Below are positions 49,105-57,884 of a stretch of 64,000 nt of DNA, piece by piece. Position 1 is the stretch's first letter; each line of letters opens with the position of its first letter. Below the pieces are notes generated by a model that was given only the letters and a program-made list of their open reading frames with translations, was not told the origin of the DNA and made no database searches. The position numbers and the translations under genes are program-made. Source of the DNA: Deltaproteobacteria bacterium (lineage in GTDB: Bacteria; Desulfobacterota; Desulfobacteria; Desulfobacterales; C00003060); assembly GCA_003647275.1 (NCBI GenBank), contig QMMN01000007.1, positions 6,830 through 70,829 on the forward strand, given 5' to 3'.

Positions 49105-50241
49105 TTATGATAGAAAAACCTCAGAGAGTCTGTATCTGGACTGATTTGCCTTTTTTTTATTATGCACACAGATATGGTTCTTTTTCAATATAGAAAGATA
49201 TTTGCCTGCTGTTCCGTATTTATTCCTGTCGGATTTGGCCTTGTCACTCAGGAACCTTGCAAACTCGAGCCGGGAAAATGGTCTTTGGCTGGTCTTTAAA
49301 AGAAATTCATGGATGGTCTCTATGGTGGTACACTTCAAGGTGCGATGCCATTGTTTTGCTGCCCCGCCATTATCAGATATGGTCGCTCCCTTTAGCACCG
49401 CTAAGAGCTCGTCACTCTTAACGCTGGCGTAAGCCTCATATTCTCTCCCTGACCCGTTTGATATTTCTTCGGGAAGGTCTTGAATGGTTATCTCCCTTTG
49501 TTTGGTTAGGATAACCGCCCGTTCGATGATGTTTTCCAATTCCCTGATATTTCCGGGAAATGAATAGTTCATCAGGACCTCAAGGGCCTTGTTTGATATC
49601 CCCAGAATATCTTTTTTGTTTTCACAGGCATATTTTGCCACAAAATGATCAACCAGGGGCGGGATATCCTCTTTATGGTCTCTCAAAGGGGGAAGCTGAA
49701 TCTGGATAACATTCAGACGATAAAACAGATCCTCCCTGAACCAACCTTCCTGAACGCCTTCCTTCAGGTCTTTATTGGCGGCCGCGATGAAGCGTACATC
49801 CACCTTGATGGTCCTGGTGCCTCCGACCCGTTCAAATGCCATCTCCTGGAGTACCCTCAGTAATTTGACCTGAAGGGATAGAGACATCACAGAAACCTCA
49901 TCCAGGAAGAGGGTGCCCTTATCCGCCAGCTCGAATCGGCCTTTTTTCATGGCAATAGCCCCGGTAAAAGCCCCTTTTTCGTGTCCAAACATCTCGCTTT
50001 CACACAGGTTATCAGCCATGGCCGAGCAGTTGACCGCAATAAAGGGTTTGTCTCTCCGTGGGCTATGATCATGAATGGCCCTGGCAATCAACTCTTTTCC
50101 TGTTCCACTTTCCCCGACAATCAGTACCGTGGCCCTGGTGGGGGCAACCATTTCGATGAGTTCATAGATCTTTAACATGGGTCCGCTTTTCCCCACCATA
50201 TTATGAAAGTGGGGTTGTTGGATAGCTTCTTGCGGTAACAT
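49105..50241 (-). CDS. Sigma-54-dependent activator consisting of an AAA+ domain with an atypical C-terminus (no receiver or sensor domain)
   Basis: Starts about 15 aa before the AAA+ core. [14 protein letters not shown] (HEKGAFTGA), and FPGNIRELEN. The last ~120 aa lack the usual AA-LG-SR-TLYRK Fis-type HTH signature. Confidence 0.8.
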   Translation of the reverse strand: MLPQEAIQQPHFHNMVGKSGPMLKIYELIEMVAPTRATVLIVGESGTGKELIARAIHDHSPRRDKPFIAVNCSAMADNLCESEMFGHEKGAFTGAIAMKKGRFELADKGTLFLDEVSVMSLSLQVKLLRVLQEMAFERVGGTRTIKVDVRFIAAANKDLKEGVQEGWFREDLFYRLNVIQIQLPPLRDHKEDIPPLVDHFVAKYACENKKDILGISNKALEVLMNYSFPGNIRELENIIERAVILTKQREITIQDLPEEISNGSGREYEAYASVKSDELLAVLKGATISDNGGAAKQWHRTLKCTTIETIHEFLLKTSQRPFSRLEFARFLSDKAKSDRNKYGTAGKYLSILKKNHICVHNKKKANQSRYRLSEVFLS

Positions 50242-50336
50242 ATGCGCCTCCTTCCTTGCTCGGTCGTATCCGATCGGTCACACAAAGGGTTTATAAAAAA
50301 CACTATAGGTGAACTAGGGCTAAGGGAGGAGTCATC

Positions 50337-52211
50337 TTAAAACTCAAAGTTTACCCCGCCCTCAATCCAGCGATCAGGTTGAGGAAAGACGTGGCGGTAG
50401 ATGTAGGTAGAGTTGGTAAGATTGTGTACAGCACCAAAGAGAGTTAGGTCGCCGTATCGGTCCGGAAAAGGGGGTTTGACCTGAAGGAGATAGTCAAAGA
50501 TAAAGACGCGATCTCGGGTCTCGGGGTAGCTGGAATAGTTATAGACATATTTTCCGACAATGGAATGGGTCATCCATTGATGTGTGTAGGAGGCCGAGAC
50601 ATTATAAAGGGTCCTGGGGATATCCTGGATCACCTTGTCGGTCTCTTCATCTCTCACATCCATAAAGCTCCCGCCGAATGAGAGGGTCAACCCAAAGCCA
50701 AAGGTGGCCCGGATGTTGCCTTCTACGCCCTGCCGGGTGACCTTATCGATATTTTCATACTTTTTGGTGTCCGGGTTATAGCGGATGAGGTCCTTGATGT
50801 CCGCCCGAAAAAGGTTCAGTTCGAGCCTCAGGAACCTGAAGGGTCGCACCTCGCCGCCAAGCTGATAGTTTATCCCGGCCTCTGGTTTCAGGTCCTTGTT
50901 GCCATACTGGGGATCGTTTACCCAGGCACCGGGTGGGGCTGAAAAGCCTTTAGCGACCTGGGCTCGGATAAGGGCATCCACGCCTGAAATACGATAGACC
51001 ATTCCGCCCGAAGGGCTGACCTCAGAGCCAAAATCATGGTTATCATCATAGCGAGCCCCGGCATTAAAAGAGAACGCTTCCAGGTTGAAGGTATCATTGG
51101 CATAAATGGCCCAGTTTCTGGAGTTATACTCTTTGGCATAAGAGCTGAAATCGTATCGGCCCCAATCCCCGTCAAACCCCAGATTAAACCTGTTTAAATC
51201 ATTGGTGTAGTAACTCAGCCGGGCACTGCCCCCCCAGGTCTCCTCTAAGTAATGGAAATAGTTTTCCCTGTGATCAGGATAAACATCGTCAATCCAGTTA
51301 AAGAATCGATGATGCCGTCCCTCAAGAGTCAGATCAAGATTTTCAACAGGCGAGGTCTCAAAGAGAAGGCGTTGGTAGGTGCGTCTGCGATAGAGGTCAT
51401 CCCAGAAATCCGGATAATTAAGAACGGGATCTGCATTGCGGCCCACATCATAGCTGTAGGCAAAGTTAAGGCGACTTGTCTCACCCAGTTCATGGTTGAT
51501 TTTGGCATATACGGCCTCCTGTTCGTACCCGGTATGCTCGATGAACCCGTTGCTCTCCTCATGGGTAAGGGAGAGTAGGAACCCAAAACGATCCTTCGTA
51601 CCGCTGAAGGTTCCGCGGTTCTTTAAGGTTTTAAACTCTCCATAAGAGGTGCGGAGATCGGCCACAAACGGCTTTTTGGGGTCGGGTTCTTTGGTGATGA
51701 TGTTGATCAAACCACCCAGGGAAGAACCCCAGGCCGAGGAGGCCGCCCCCTTGTAGATCTCGATCCGCTCGATCGTATCAATGGGAATATAAGAAAGGTC
51801 AGCCATGGGATTGGCCAGTTGGTTGAGGGGGATCCCATCCTGATAGATGGCCACATGCCGGACGTCAGAACCCTGGATGGTAGCCGTGGACTGGCTCCCC
51901 AATCCACCGTTAAACTCCACGTAGATACCTGGTACATACTGGAGCACCTCGGCCGCATTGGAGGCCGGCATCTTTTCTATATCATCCCTGGTAATAACCG
52001 TGATGTTTGCAGCGACCTCCTGTCTGGGGGTCTCCAGGCGGGTGGCAGTCACCACGATTTCTTCCAATTTATATTCATGGACTTCGGGTCCGGAAGGCAT
52101 ATCTGCTGCCCAAGCTTTCAAAAAGAACATAACCCAAAGAACAGAGCTAACAATAAGAACTACCTCAGTTTTCGGTTGTTTCATCCAACTCGTAATTCTT
52201 AATTTTTTCAA
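50337..52211 (-). CDS. TonB-dependent outer-membrane receptor (small, BtuB/CirA-sized)
   Basis: Signal peptide ending AWA, TonB-box/plug EEIVVTATR, and a plug domain. The C-terminal beta-barrel ends in GGVNFEF (terminal aromatic). The likely start is the internal Met at 52184. Confidence 0.85.
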   Translation of the reverse strand: MKKLRITSWMKQPKTEVVLIVSSVLWVMFFLKAWAADMPSGPEVHEYKLEEIVVTATRLETPRQEVAANITVITRDDIEKMPASNAAEVLQYVPGIYVEFNGGLGSQSTATIQGSDVRHVAIYQDGIPLNQLANPMADLSYIPIDTIERIEIYKGAASSAWGSSLGGLINIITKEPDPKKPFVADLRTSYGEFKTLKNRGTFSGTKDRFGFLLSLTHEESNGFIEHTGYEQEAVYAKINHELGETSRLNFAYSYDVGRNADPVLNYPDFWDDLYRRRTYQRLLFETSPVENLDLTLEGRHHRFFNWIDDVYPDHRENYFHYLEETWGGSARLSYYTNDLNRFNLGFDGDWGRYDFSSYAKEYNSRNWAIYANDTFNLEAFSFNAGARYDDNHDFGSEVSPSGGMVYRISGVDALIRAQVAKGFSAPPGAWVNDPQYGNKDLKPEAGINYQLGGEVRPFRFLRLELNLFRADIKDLIRYNPDTKKYENIDKVTRQGVEGNIRATFGFGLTLSFGGSFMDVRDEETDKVIQDIPRTLYNVSASYTHQWMTHSIVGKYVYNYSSYPETRDRVFIFDYLLQVKPPFPDRYGDLTLFGAVHNLTNSTYIYRHVFPQPDRWIEGGVNFEF

Positions 52212-53520
52212 TAAGGGTTTTGCGGCTTATACCCAATAAATCAGCCGCTTTGGTCTTATTGTTTTTTGTACGTCTCAAGGCCAGACCGATAAAAAACCTC
52301 TCCACATCCCTCAAGTCCAGATCAGATATTTTCTCATACTCTCCTTTCCCAAATGGAAGGTGTTTGGTGGTGATCATATTATCCTGGCAGGTTATCACGG
52401 CCCTCTCTATGACGTTTATCAGTTCCCGGACATTGCCCGGCCAATCATACTCCCTGAGGGATAACATGGCATTCGTAGAAATACCGGTTATTGGTCGACG
52501 ATACGCCTCACTGAACCTTTTAAGATAGAACTCGGCTATAAGAGGGATGTCCTCCTTTCTATCCCTCAAGGGTAGGATTTCAATCGTATAGATGTTTAAA
52601 CGGTAAAAAAGATCCTGACGAAAGCGACCACAGGCAACCTCTGCTTCCAGGTTGCGGTTGGTGGCCACGAGGAGGCGAAAGTCCGAATATATGGGGTAGA
52701 TTCCTCCCACGCGCATGAAGGTCTTGGTCTCCACGATCCTGAGGAGTTTAGACTGAAAAAAGGGCGGAGCCTCGCTGATCTCATCCAGAAAAAGAATCCC
52801 CTTGTGAGCCACCTCGAAAAGACCTATCTTTCGATCTATCGCACCAGTAAAGGCCCCTTTTTCATGGCCGAACAACTCACTTTCCAAAACCCCGAGGGCA
52901 AATTCATTGCAACTTACTGCAAAAAACGGCTTATCGCGCCTGTCGCTTAGATTATGGATGGCCCGGGCAACCAGCTCCTTCCCTGTACCGGTCTCCCCGC
53001 AGATAAGGACAGTCACAGGAAGATCAGCGACCTCCTCTATGGATCTAGCGACCTTCTTGATTCCCTCTGATTGTCCTATGATGGTCACCGGCGTTTTTAT
53101 CTGGAGGGACCTTTCTCTACGAAGCGAGGCGAGCTCTTTCAATATCTCCCTCTTGGCCAAGGCCTCCCGAACGGTTATCCAAAATAGATCTAATTTGTCG
53201 TTGATCGGCTTTTCAAAATAATGGAAGGCCCCGCGCTTGACCGCCTGGATAGCCCCTTCTGTAGAGCCGAAGGCCGTAATCAGGATAACGGGGATATCAG
53301 GATACAGGTCCTGAACCCTGCTAAAAAGCTCGGTCCCGCTCATCTCAGGCATCTGCACATCTGAGATAATCAGGTCTACAGGCTCCTTGTTCAGGACCTC
53401 GAGCGCCTTTTTGGCCGATGTGAGAGGAACGATATCAAAGCCCTGTGCCCCTTCTAAAGAGAGGAAAAGTTCCAGGAAGGCTTCATTATCGTCTATCAAC
53501 AGAATCTTGGGCTTGCTCAT
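52165..53520 (-). CDS. NtrC-family sigma-54-dependent response regulator (REC-AAA+-Fis HTH)
   Basis: REC (ILLIDDN...DLIISDVQMPEMSG), GETGTGKE, GAFTGA, and C-terminal KAADLLGISRKTLIEKIK. Confidence 0.9.
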   Translation of the reverse strand: MSKPKILLIDDNEAFLELFLSLEGAQGFDIVPLTSAKKALEVLNKEPVDLIISDVQMPEMSGTELFSRVQDLYPDIPVILITAFGSTEGAIQAVKRGAFHYFEKPINDKLDLFWITVREALAKREILKELASLRRERSLQIKTPVTIIGQSEGIKKVARSIEEVADLPVTVLICGETGTGKELVARAIHNLSDRRDKPFFAVSCNEFALGVLESELFGHEKGAFTGAIDRKIGLFEVAHKGILFLDEISEAPPFFQSKLLRIVETKTFMRVGGIYPIYSDFRLLVATNRNLEAEVACGRFRQDLFYRLNIYTIEILPLRDRKEDIPLIAEFYLKRFSEAYRRPITGISTNAMLSLREYDWPGNVRELINVIERAVITCQDNMITTKHLPFGKGEYEKISDLDLRDVERFFIGLALRRTKNNKTKAADLLGISRKTLIEKIKNYELDETTEN

Positions 53521-53747
53521 AATAAGGTGTTTGCTGACAAGTACCTATGAAATTCATTCGAAAATGTCCATATTTTTTATCAAAGAAAGTCTCTTCCCGC
53601 CCTTCTGTGTAGAATCGTAACACTGAATTAACGCAACAAATCGCAATATTGTAACCTTTTGTAACAGTAAAACGCCTGGCTCATTTCTGCCCCGAGAATT
53701 AAACTCGGATTACAGATGGTTAAGGTCCATTTGGAGAATTGTTTTTT

Positions 53748-53762
53748 TGGCATCATGATTGC
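53748..53762 (+). promoter_or_regulatory. Sigma-54 (-24/-12) promoter of the stand-alone receiver gene
   Basis: TGGCATCATGATTGC with correct spacing, 47 nt upstream of the first ATG (53809). Confidence 0.65.
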
Positions 53763-53808
53763 TAAAATTTTTATTAAAATGCTAACCTAATATTTTGCAA
53801 TAGCAGAG

Positions 53809-54300
53809 ATGCCCCGATGTATGAGGCATCCTGATGATAGGAGATGGATAACCCTGAACGCCCAAATGCTTGGTAAACCTGTTCAGATTTTGTTGGTGGA
53901 AGACAATCCTGGGGATGTGCGCCTGACGCAGGAAGCCCTCAAGGACAGCAGGATGCTTGACAACCTGCATATAGCCAAGGATGGCCTGGAGGCCATGGCC
54001 TTCCTGCACCGAGAAGGCCGGTATACTGACGCGCCTCGTCCAGACTTGGTCCTGCTCGACCTGAACCTGCCAAAGAAAGCCGGTCGTGAGGTGCTCGCAG
54101 AGATAAGGGCCGACGAAAGCCTGAGACGAATCCCTGTGGTGGTCTTGACCACGTCCCAGGATGAAGAAGACATCATCAAGGCCTACAATCTCAACGCGAA
54201 CTGCTATATTACCAAACCGGTTGAGTTGGAACAGTTCTTCAAAGTGGTGAAGTCGATCGTAGAGTTTTGGTTTACCGTTGTGAAACTGCCAGGTGAGTGA
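53809..54300 (+). CDS. Single-domain response regulator (receiver only)
   Basis: ILLVEDNPGDVRL, DLVLLDLNLPKKAG, PVVVLTTS and YITKP. The start could instead be Met20 (53866). Confidence 0.85.
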   Translation: MPRCMRHPDDRRWITLNAQMLGKPVQILLVEDNPGDVRLTQEALKDSRMLDNLHIAKDGLEAMAFLHREGRYTDAPRPDLVLLDLNLPKKAGREVLAEIRADESLRRIPVVVLTTSQDEEDIIKAYNLNANCYITKPVELEQFFKVVKSIVEFWFTVVKLPGE

Positions 54301-54317
54301 AAAAATAGACGGATATC

Positions 54318-54473
54318 TTGCCTGAACCGGTGGCAGCGCAACTCAGGAAATCCGACGTGTTTTTTTGCGGCGGATCGAACACGATCTTCAAATTCTTGAA
54401 GTTCGTCAAATAAAATACATGCCCCGCCAAAAGACCCCCATGAACCAACCGCACTGGCCAAAAGGCTCTTGGT
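54318..54473 (+). pseudogene. Decayed fragment duplicating the 3' region of glnE (cf. 42231-42379)
   Basis: CCTGAACCGGTGGCAGCGCAACTCAGG...TCGAACACGATCTTCAAATTCTTGAAG...CGCACTGGCCAAAAGG aligns with the glnE codons for LPEPVAAQLREDYVFLRRVEHYLQILEDRQ...TALAKRVLG. By eye about four-fifths of positions are identical. Indels break the frame, so it translates as LPEPVAAQLRKSDVFFCGGSNTIFKFLKFVK then stop. Confidence 0.75.
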
Positions 54474-54802
54474 CTAGATAAACCCTTCACAGGCTATTTC
54501 CAAACCACGACAATCCAGGTTTCAGCCATCTTTTGGTGTTTGTCAGCCTCATGCCAGGTGTACGGCTGTTTGGCTCAACATCCTGTAAGGAGGGCTGGCC
54601 AGCAGCAACGTGGCCACTCATTATTGTGAATGAATCATAGAAATCTTCAATAACTAATAGGCAAAAAAATCAATATTACCTATTTGACAGGTGTATGAAA
54701 GCAAGAGACAATTCTATTTTTTGGAGAAAGGGCGTCAGTCGGCCTGATGCCGACAAGGACCGCTGACAGCAGCTCAATTCATCCGATAAAGGGGGAGGTC
54801 AT

Positions 54803-55399
54803 ATGGAAACATTGAATTGCCGGGGGCTTGCCTGTCCACAGCCTGTACTCAGGACCAAGCACTTTGTGGAATCCAATCCCCAGGTCCCGGAATTCACCAT
54901 CATCGTCGATAATGCTGCCTCAGCCCAAAATGTGGTCCGGTTTGTGGAGAGCCAGGGTTTTAGTGCCTCTCTGCAACAAAAGGGCACTGACTTTGAAATC
55001 AAGGCTATAAAGTCTGAGGAAATCGGTGCCGAAGCCGCTGGGAGGGGAGAGGTTAAGTCGAGCGAGAAGATCCTGGTGATGATCACCAAAAATACCATGG
55101 GTTCTGGAGATGATGTGCTGGGGGAAGGGCTCATGTTAAATTTTTTAAACACCCTTAACGAGATGGGCGAAGCCCTTTGGAGATTGGTTTTCCTCAACAG
55201 CGGGGTAAAGCTGACGATTGCGGGGGCCAAGACCTTGCCTGCCATACAACAACTGGAGGCACAGGGTATTAGCGTCCTGGTATGCGGTACCTGCCTGAAT
55301 CATTTCAATCTGCTGGACCAAAAGCGGGTGGGTGAGACCACGAACATGCTTGACATTGTGACAAGCCTACAGCTTGCCGACAAAGTGATCGGTGTGTGA
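54803..55399 (+). CDS. yedF: YedF-like protein (TusA/SirA-like N-domain with a CPxP motif plus a DsrE-like C-domain); sulfur/selenium carrier family
   Basis: LNCRGLACPQPVLRTK (TusA-type Cys-Pro-x-Pro). The C-terminal half ILVMITKNTMGSGDDVLGEGLM...VLVCGTCLNHF matches my memory of YedF. 198 aa. Confidence 0.65.
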   Translation: METLNCRGLACPQPVLRTKHFVESNPQVPEFTIIVDNAASAQNVVRFVESQGFSASLQQKGTDFEIKAIKSEEIGAEAAGRGEVKSSEKILVMITKNTMGSGDDVLGEGLMLNFLNTLNEMGEALWRLVFLNSGVKLTIAGAKTLPAIQQLEAQGISVLVCGTCLNHFNLLDQKRVGETTNMLDIVTSLQLADKVIGV

Positions 55400-56688
55400 T
55401 GACGGAGAAGGGCATGAATGAAAAGTATGAAAAAATGTGGGAGGACTTGGGCCTTGATATCAGTGCCCATGACGGACTCCTCAAAGTTCTGGGGCAATTT
55501 TACGGCGATATCTATCTCAGCCAGGACAAACGTCTAAAGGGGATGGAATATCTGGATTTCGTGCTGTCAGAGGTTCATGGCCTGCGGATCAAAGAACTCC
55601 AGGATGCCAGGGCGGCCGGGAAGAAAATTATTGGAACATTCTGCATGTTTGTGCCGGAAGAGCTGATCTGTGCTGCCAACAGCACGGCGGTTGGCCTCTG
55701 CGCAGGAGCAGAGATCGGCAAGGAGGCAGCTGAAAAGATCTTACCCCGCAACACCTGTGCTTTGATCAAATCCTTTGTGGGCTTTAAGCTGGCCAAGCTG
55801 TGTCCATACGTCGAATCCTGCGATTTGGTTATAGGTGAAACCACCTGCGATGGCAAAAAGAAGGCCTACGAGATCTTCCAGGAATACGTGCCCATGCATA
55901 TCATGGAGCTTCCCCAGATGAAAGGGGCTTGCGATCGGGATCTCTATATGACTGAGGTGTTGAAGTTCAAGGCAAAGATAGAAGAGGTCAGCGGCCACGA
56001 TATTACGGCAGATAATTTAAAGGAGGCCATCAAGCTCATCAATAACCGGCGGAAGGCTTTGCAGCGACTCAATCAGCTTCGCAAGGCGATCCCCACGCCG
56101 ATTTCCGGAAGGGACGTTTTGCTCATCAATCAGATATCATTCTACGATGACCCTTGGCGGTTTACCGCCAAGATTAATGAACTCTGTGATGAGCTTGAAA
56201 AGCGTGTCCAGGCAGGCGAGGGTATCGTGGAAAACGACATCCCGCGCCTCATGATGTCGGGCTGTCCCATGGCCGTGCCCAACTGGAAGCTTCCCTATGT
56301 GGTGGAGTCCTCAGGGGCAGTCATTGTGGGAGAAGAATCGTGCATCGGGACACGAAACACACGGGACTTGGTAGACGAAACCGGTGAGACAATGGAAAAG
56401 ATGATCAATGCCCTCGTGGATCGTTATATGCGTATTGACTGTGCCTGCTTTACCCCGAACCCTGAGCGCCTGGAACACATTGTAGAGATGGCCAAAGACC
56501 TCAAGGTCAATGGCGTGATCCATTACGCCCTCCAATTCTGTCATCCTTATACTATTGAAGCTTATAAAGTGGAAAAAGCCCTGGAGCAGGAGAATATTCC
56601 CCTGCTCAGGATAGAGACCGATTACAGTATGGAGGATATTGAACAGCTCAAGACCCGGGTGGAAGCGTTTGTGGAAATGGTCAAATAA
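55396..56688 (+). CDS. 2-hydroxyacyl-CoA dehydratase / benzoyl-CoA reductase BcrB-BcrC family (HGD-D) subunit, paralog 1
   Basis: IIGTFCMFVPEELI, CALIKS, IGETTCDGKKKAYE, and a C-terminal YALQFCHPY...ETDYS. The start overlaps the yedF stop. Confidence 0.8.
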   Translation: MMTEKGMNEKYEKMWEDLGLDISAHDGLLKVLGQFYGDIYLSQDKRLKGMEYLDFVLSEVHGLRIKELQDARAAGKKIIGTFCMFVPEELICAANSTAVGLCAGAEIGKEAAEKILPRNTCALIKSFVGFKLAKLCPYVESCDLVIGETTCDGKKKAYEIFQEYVPMHIMELPQMKGACDRDLYMTEVLKFKAKIEEVSGHDITADNLKEAIKLINNRRKALQRLNQLRKAIPTPISGRDVLLINQISFYDDPWRFTAKINELCDELEKRVQAGEGIVENDIPRLMMSGCPMAVPNWKLPYVVESSGAVIVGEESCIGTRNTRDLVDETGETMEKMINALVDRYMRIDCACFTPNPERLEHIVEMAKDLKVNGVIHYALQFCHPYTIEAYKVEKALEQENIPLLRIETDYSMEDIEQLKTRVEAFVEMVK

Positions 56689-56700
56689 GGAAGCAGCGCA

Positions 56701-57846
56701 TTGAGACCAGAAAGCATGTCCTTGTTTGATCGTTTGAGTGAGAAGAGTCAGCTTGAAATAGAAACGGCAAAGGAGGTCGGCACAAAGGTAGTAGGCTTGT
56801 ACTGTACCTTTGCCCCAAAAGAGCTGGTACGCGCGGTCGGTGCCATTCCTGTTGGCCTCTGCGGAAAAGATCAAACACCCATTCGTGATGCAGAAACTAT
56901 CTTACCTGCAAACCTTTGCCCCCTGATCAAGTCAAGCTACGGCTATGCCATCACAAACACGTGTCCCTATTTCTATCTTTCAGATTTTCTCATTGGGGAG
57001 ACGACCTGTGACGGCAAGAAGAAGATGTTTGAGCTCCTGGGACAACTGAAACCCTTATTTCTCATGCATCTGCCGCCCTGTTGTGATGAAAATCGGTCTT
57101 TGAATTATTGGGTCGGAGAGGTGATAAGGCTCAAAGACTTCTTAGAGAGACAGACTGGTACGAAAATAGGTGAAGAGGAATTAAGTCGCCAGATTAAGAT
57201 TCATAATAAAAAAAGGGTGTTATTAAAGGAGATTGTTGGCTACTGCGCAAATTATCCTGTACCCATTTCCGGCACGGATATGATGGTGGTGATGGAGTCC
57301 AGGAACTTTTTGGTTGATATCGAAGGCTACATAAACAATCTGCAGCGACTTGCCCGCGAGCTTCAGGCCATAAAAAGGGAGGGGAGATCGGTCTGCAGCC
57401 CCGATGCCCCGAGGATACTTCTGACAGGATGCCCGGTGGGTAAGGGTTCGGAAAAGGTTCTGCGAATAATCGAGGAATGCGGGGGTGTTGTCGTCTGTCA
57501 GGAGCATTGTACCGGCATCAAGAGTTTTAACCTGCTGGTGGACGAAGATGATGCCCCTTACAAAGCCATCGCACACCGCTATTTAAAAACCCCCTGTTCC
57601 TGCATGACACCCAACCAAGGCCGAATCGAACTCCTGTGCCAGCTCATCGAGGATTTCAAAATTCAGGGCGTGGTCGATCTAACCTGGCAGTGTTGTCATA
57701 CTTACAATGTTGAGTCCTACCTCATCAAGACGTTCTTGGAAAAAAGATACCAGATACCGCTTCTCCACCTTGAAACAGATTATTCTGAATCGGATACAGG
57801 GCAATTGAAGACCAGGATTGAGGCTCTTCTGGAGATGTTCCATTGA
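56701..57846 (+). CDS. HGD-D family subunit, paralog 2
   Basis: VVGLYCTFAPKELV, CPLIKSS, IGETTCDGKKKMFE, and TWQCCHTY...ETDYS. The start is TTG 56701 or ATG 56716. Confidence 0.8.
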   Translation: MRPESMSLFDRLSEKSQLEIETAKEVGTKVVGLYCTFAPKELVRAVGAIPVGLCGKDQTPIRDAETILPANLCPLIKSSYGYAITNTCPYFYLSDFLIGETTCDGKKKMFELLGQLKPLFLMHLPPCCDENRSLNYWVGEVIRLKDFLERQTGTKIGEEELSRQIKIHNKKRVLLKEIVGYCANYPVPISGTDMMVVMESRNFLVDIEGYINNLQRLARELQAIKREGRSVCSPDAPRILLTGCPVGKGSEKVLRIIEECGGVVVCQEHCTGIKSFNLLVDEDDAPYKAIAHRYLKTPCSCMTPNQGRIELLCQLIEDFKIQGVVDLTWQCCHTYNVESYLIKTFLEKRYQIPLLHLETDYSESDTGQLKTRIEALLEMFH

Positions 57847-57884
57847 TTGAAAATGAAATTACCAAAACCAAGGAGGATACGGAA

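Noticed and set aside
54730-54790. Nested hairpins (GTCAG..GTCGGC-ctgat-GCCGAC..CTGAC) in the yedF leader, considered as a riboswitch
   Set aside because: The structure is short and matches no riboswitch core I know. It may simply be a leader hairpin, so the evidence is insufficient to report it as a feature.
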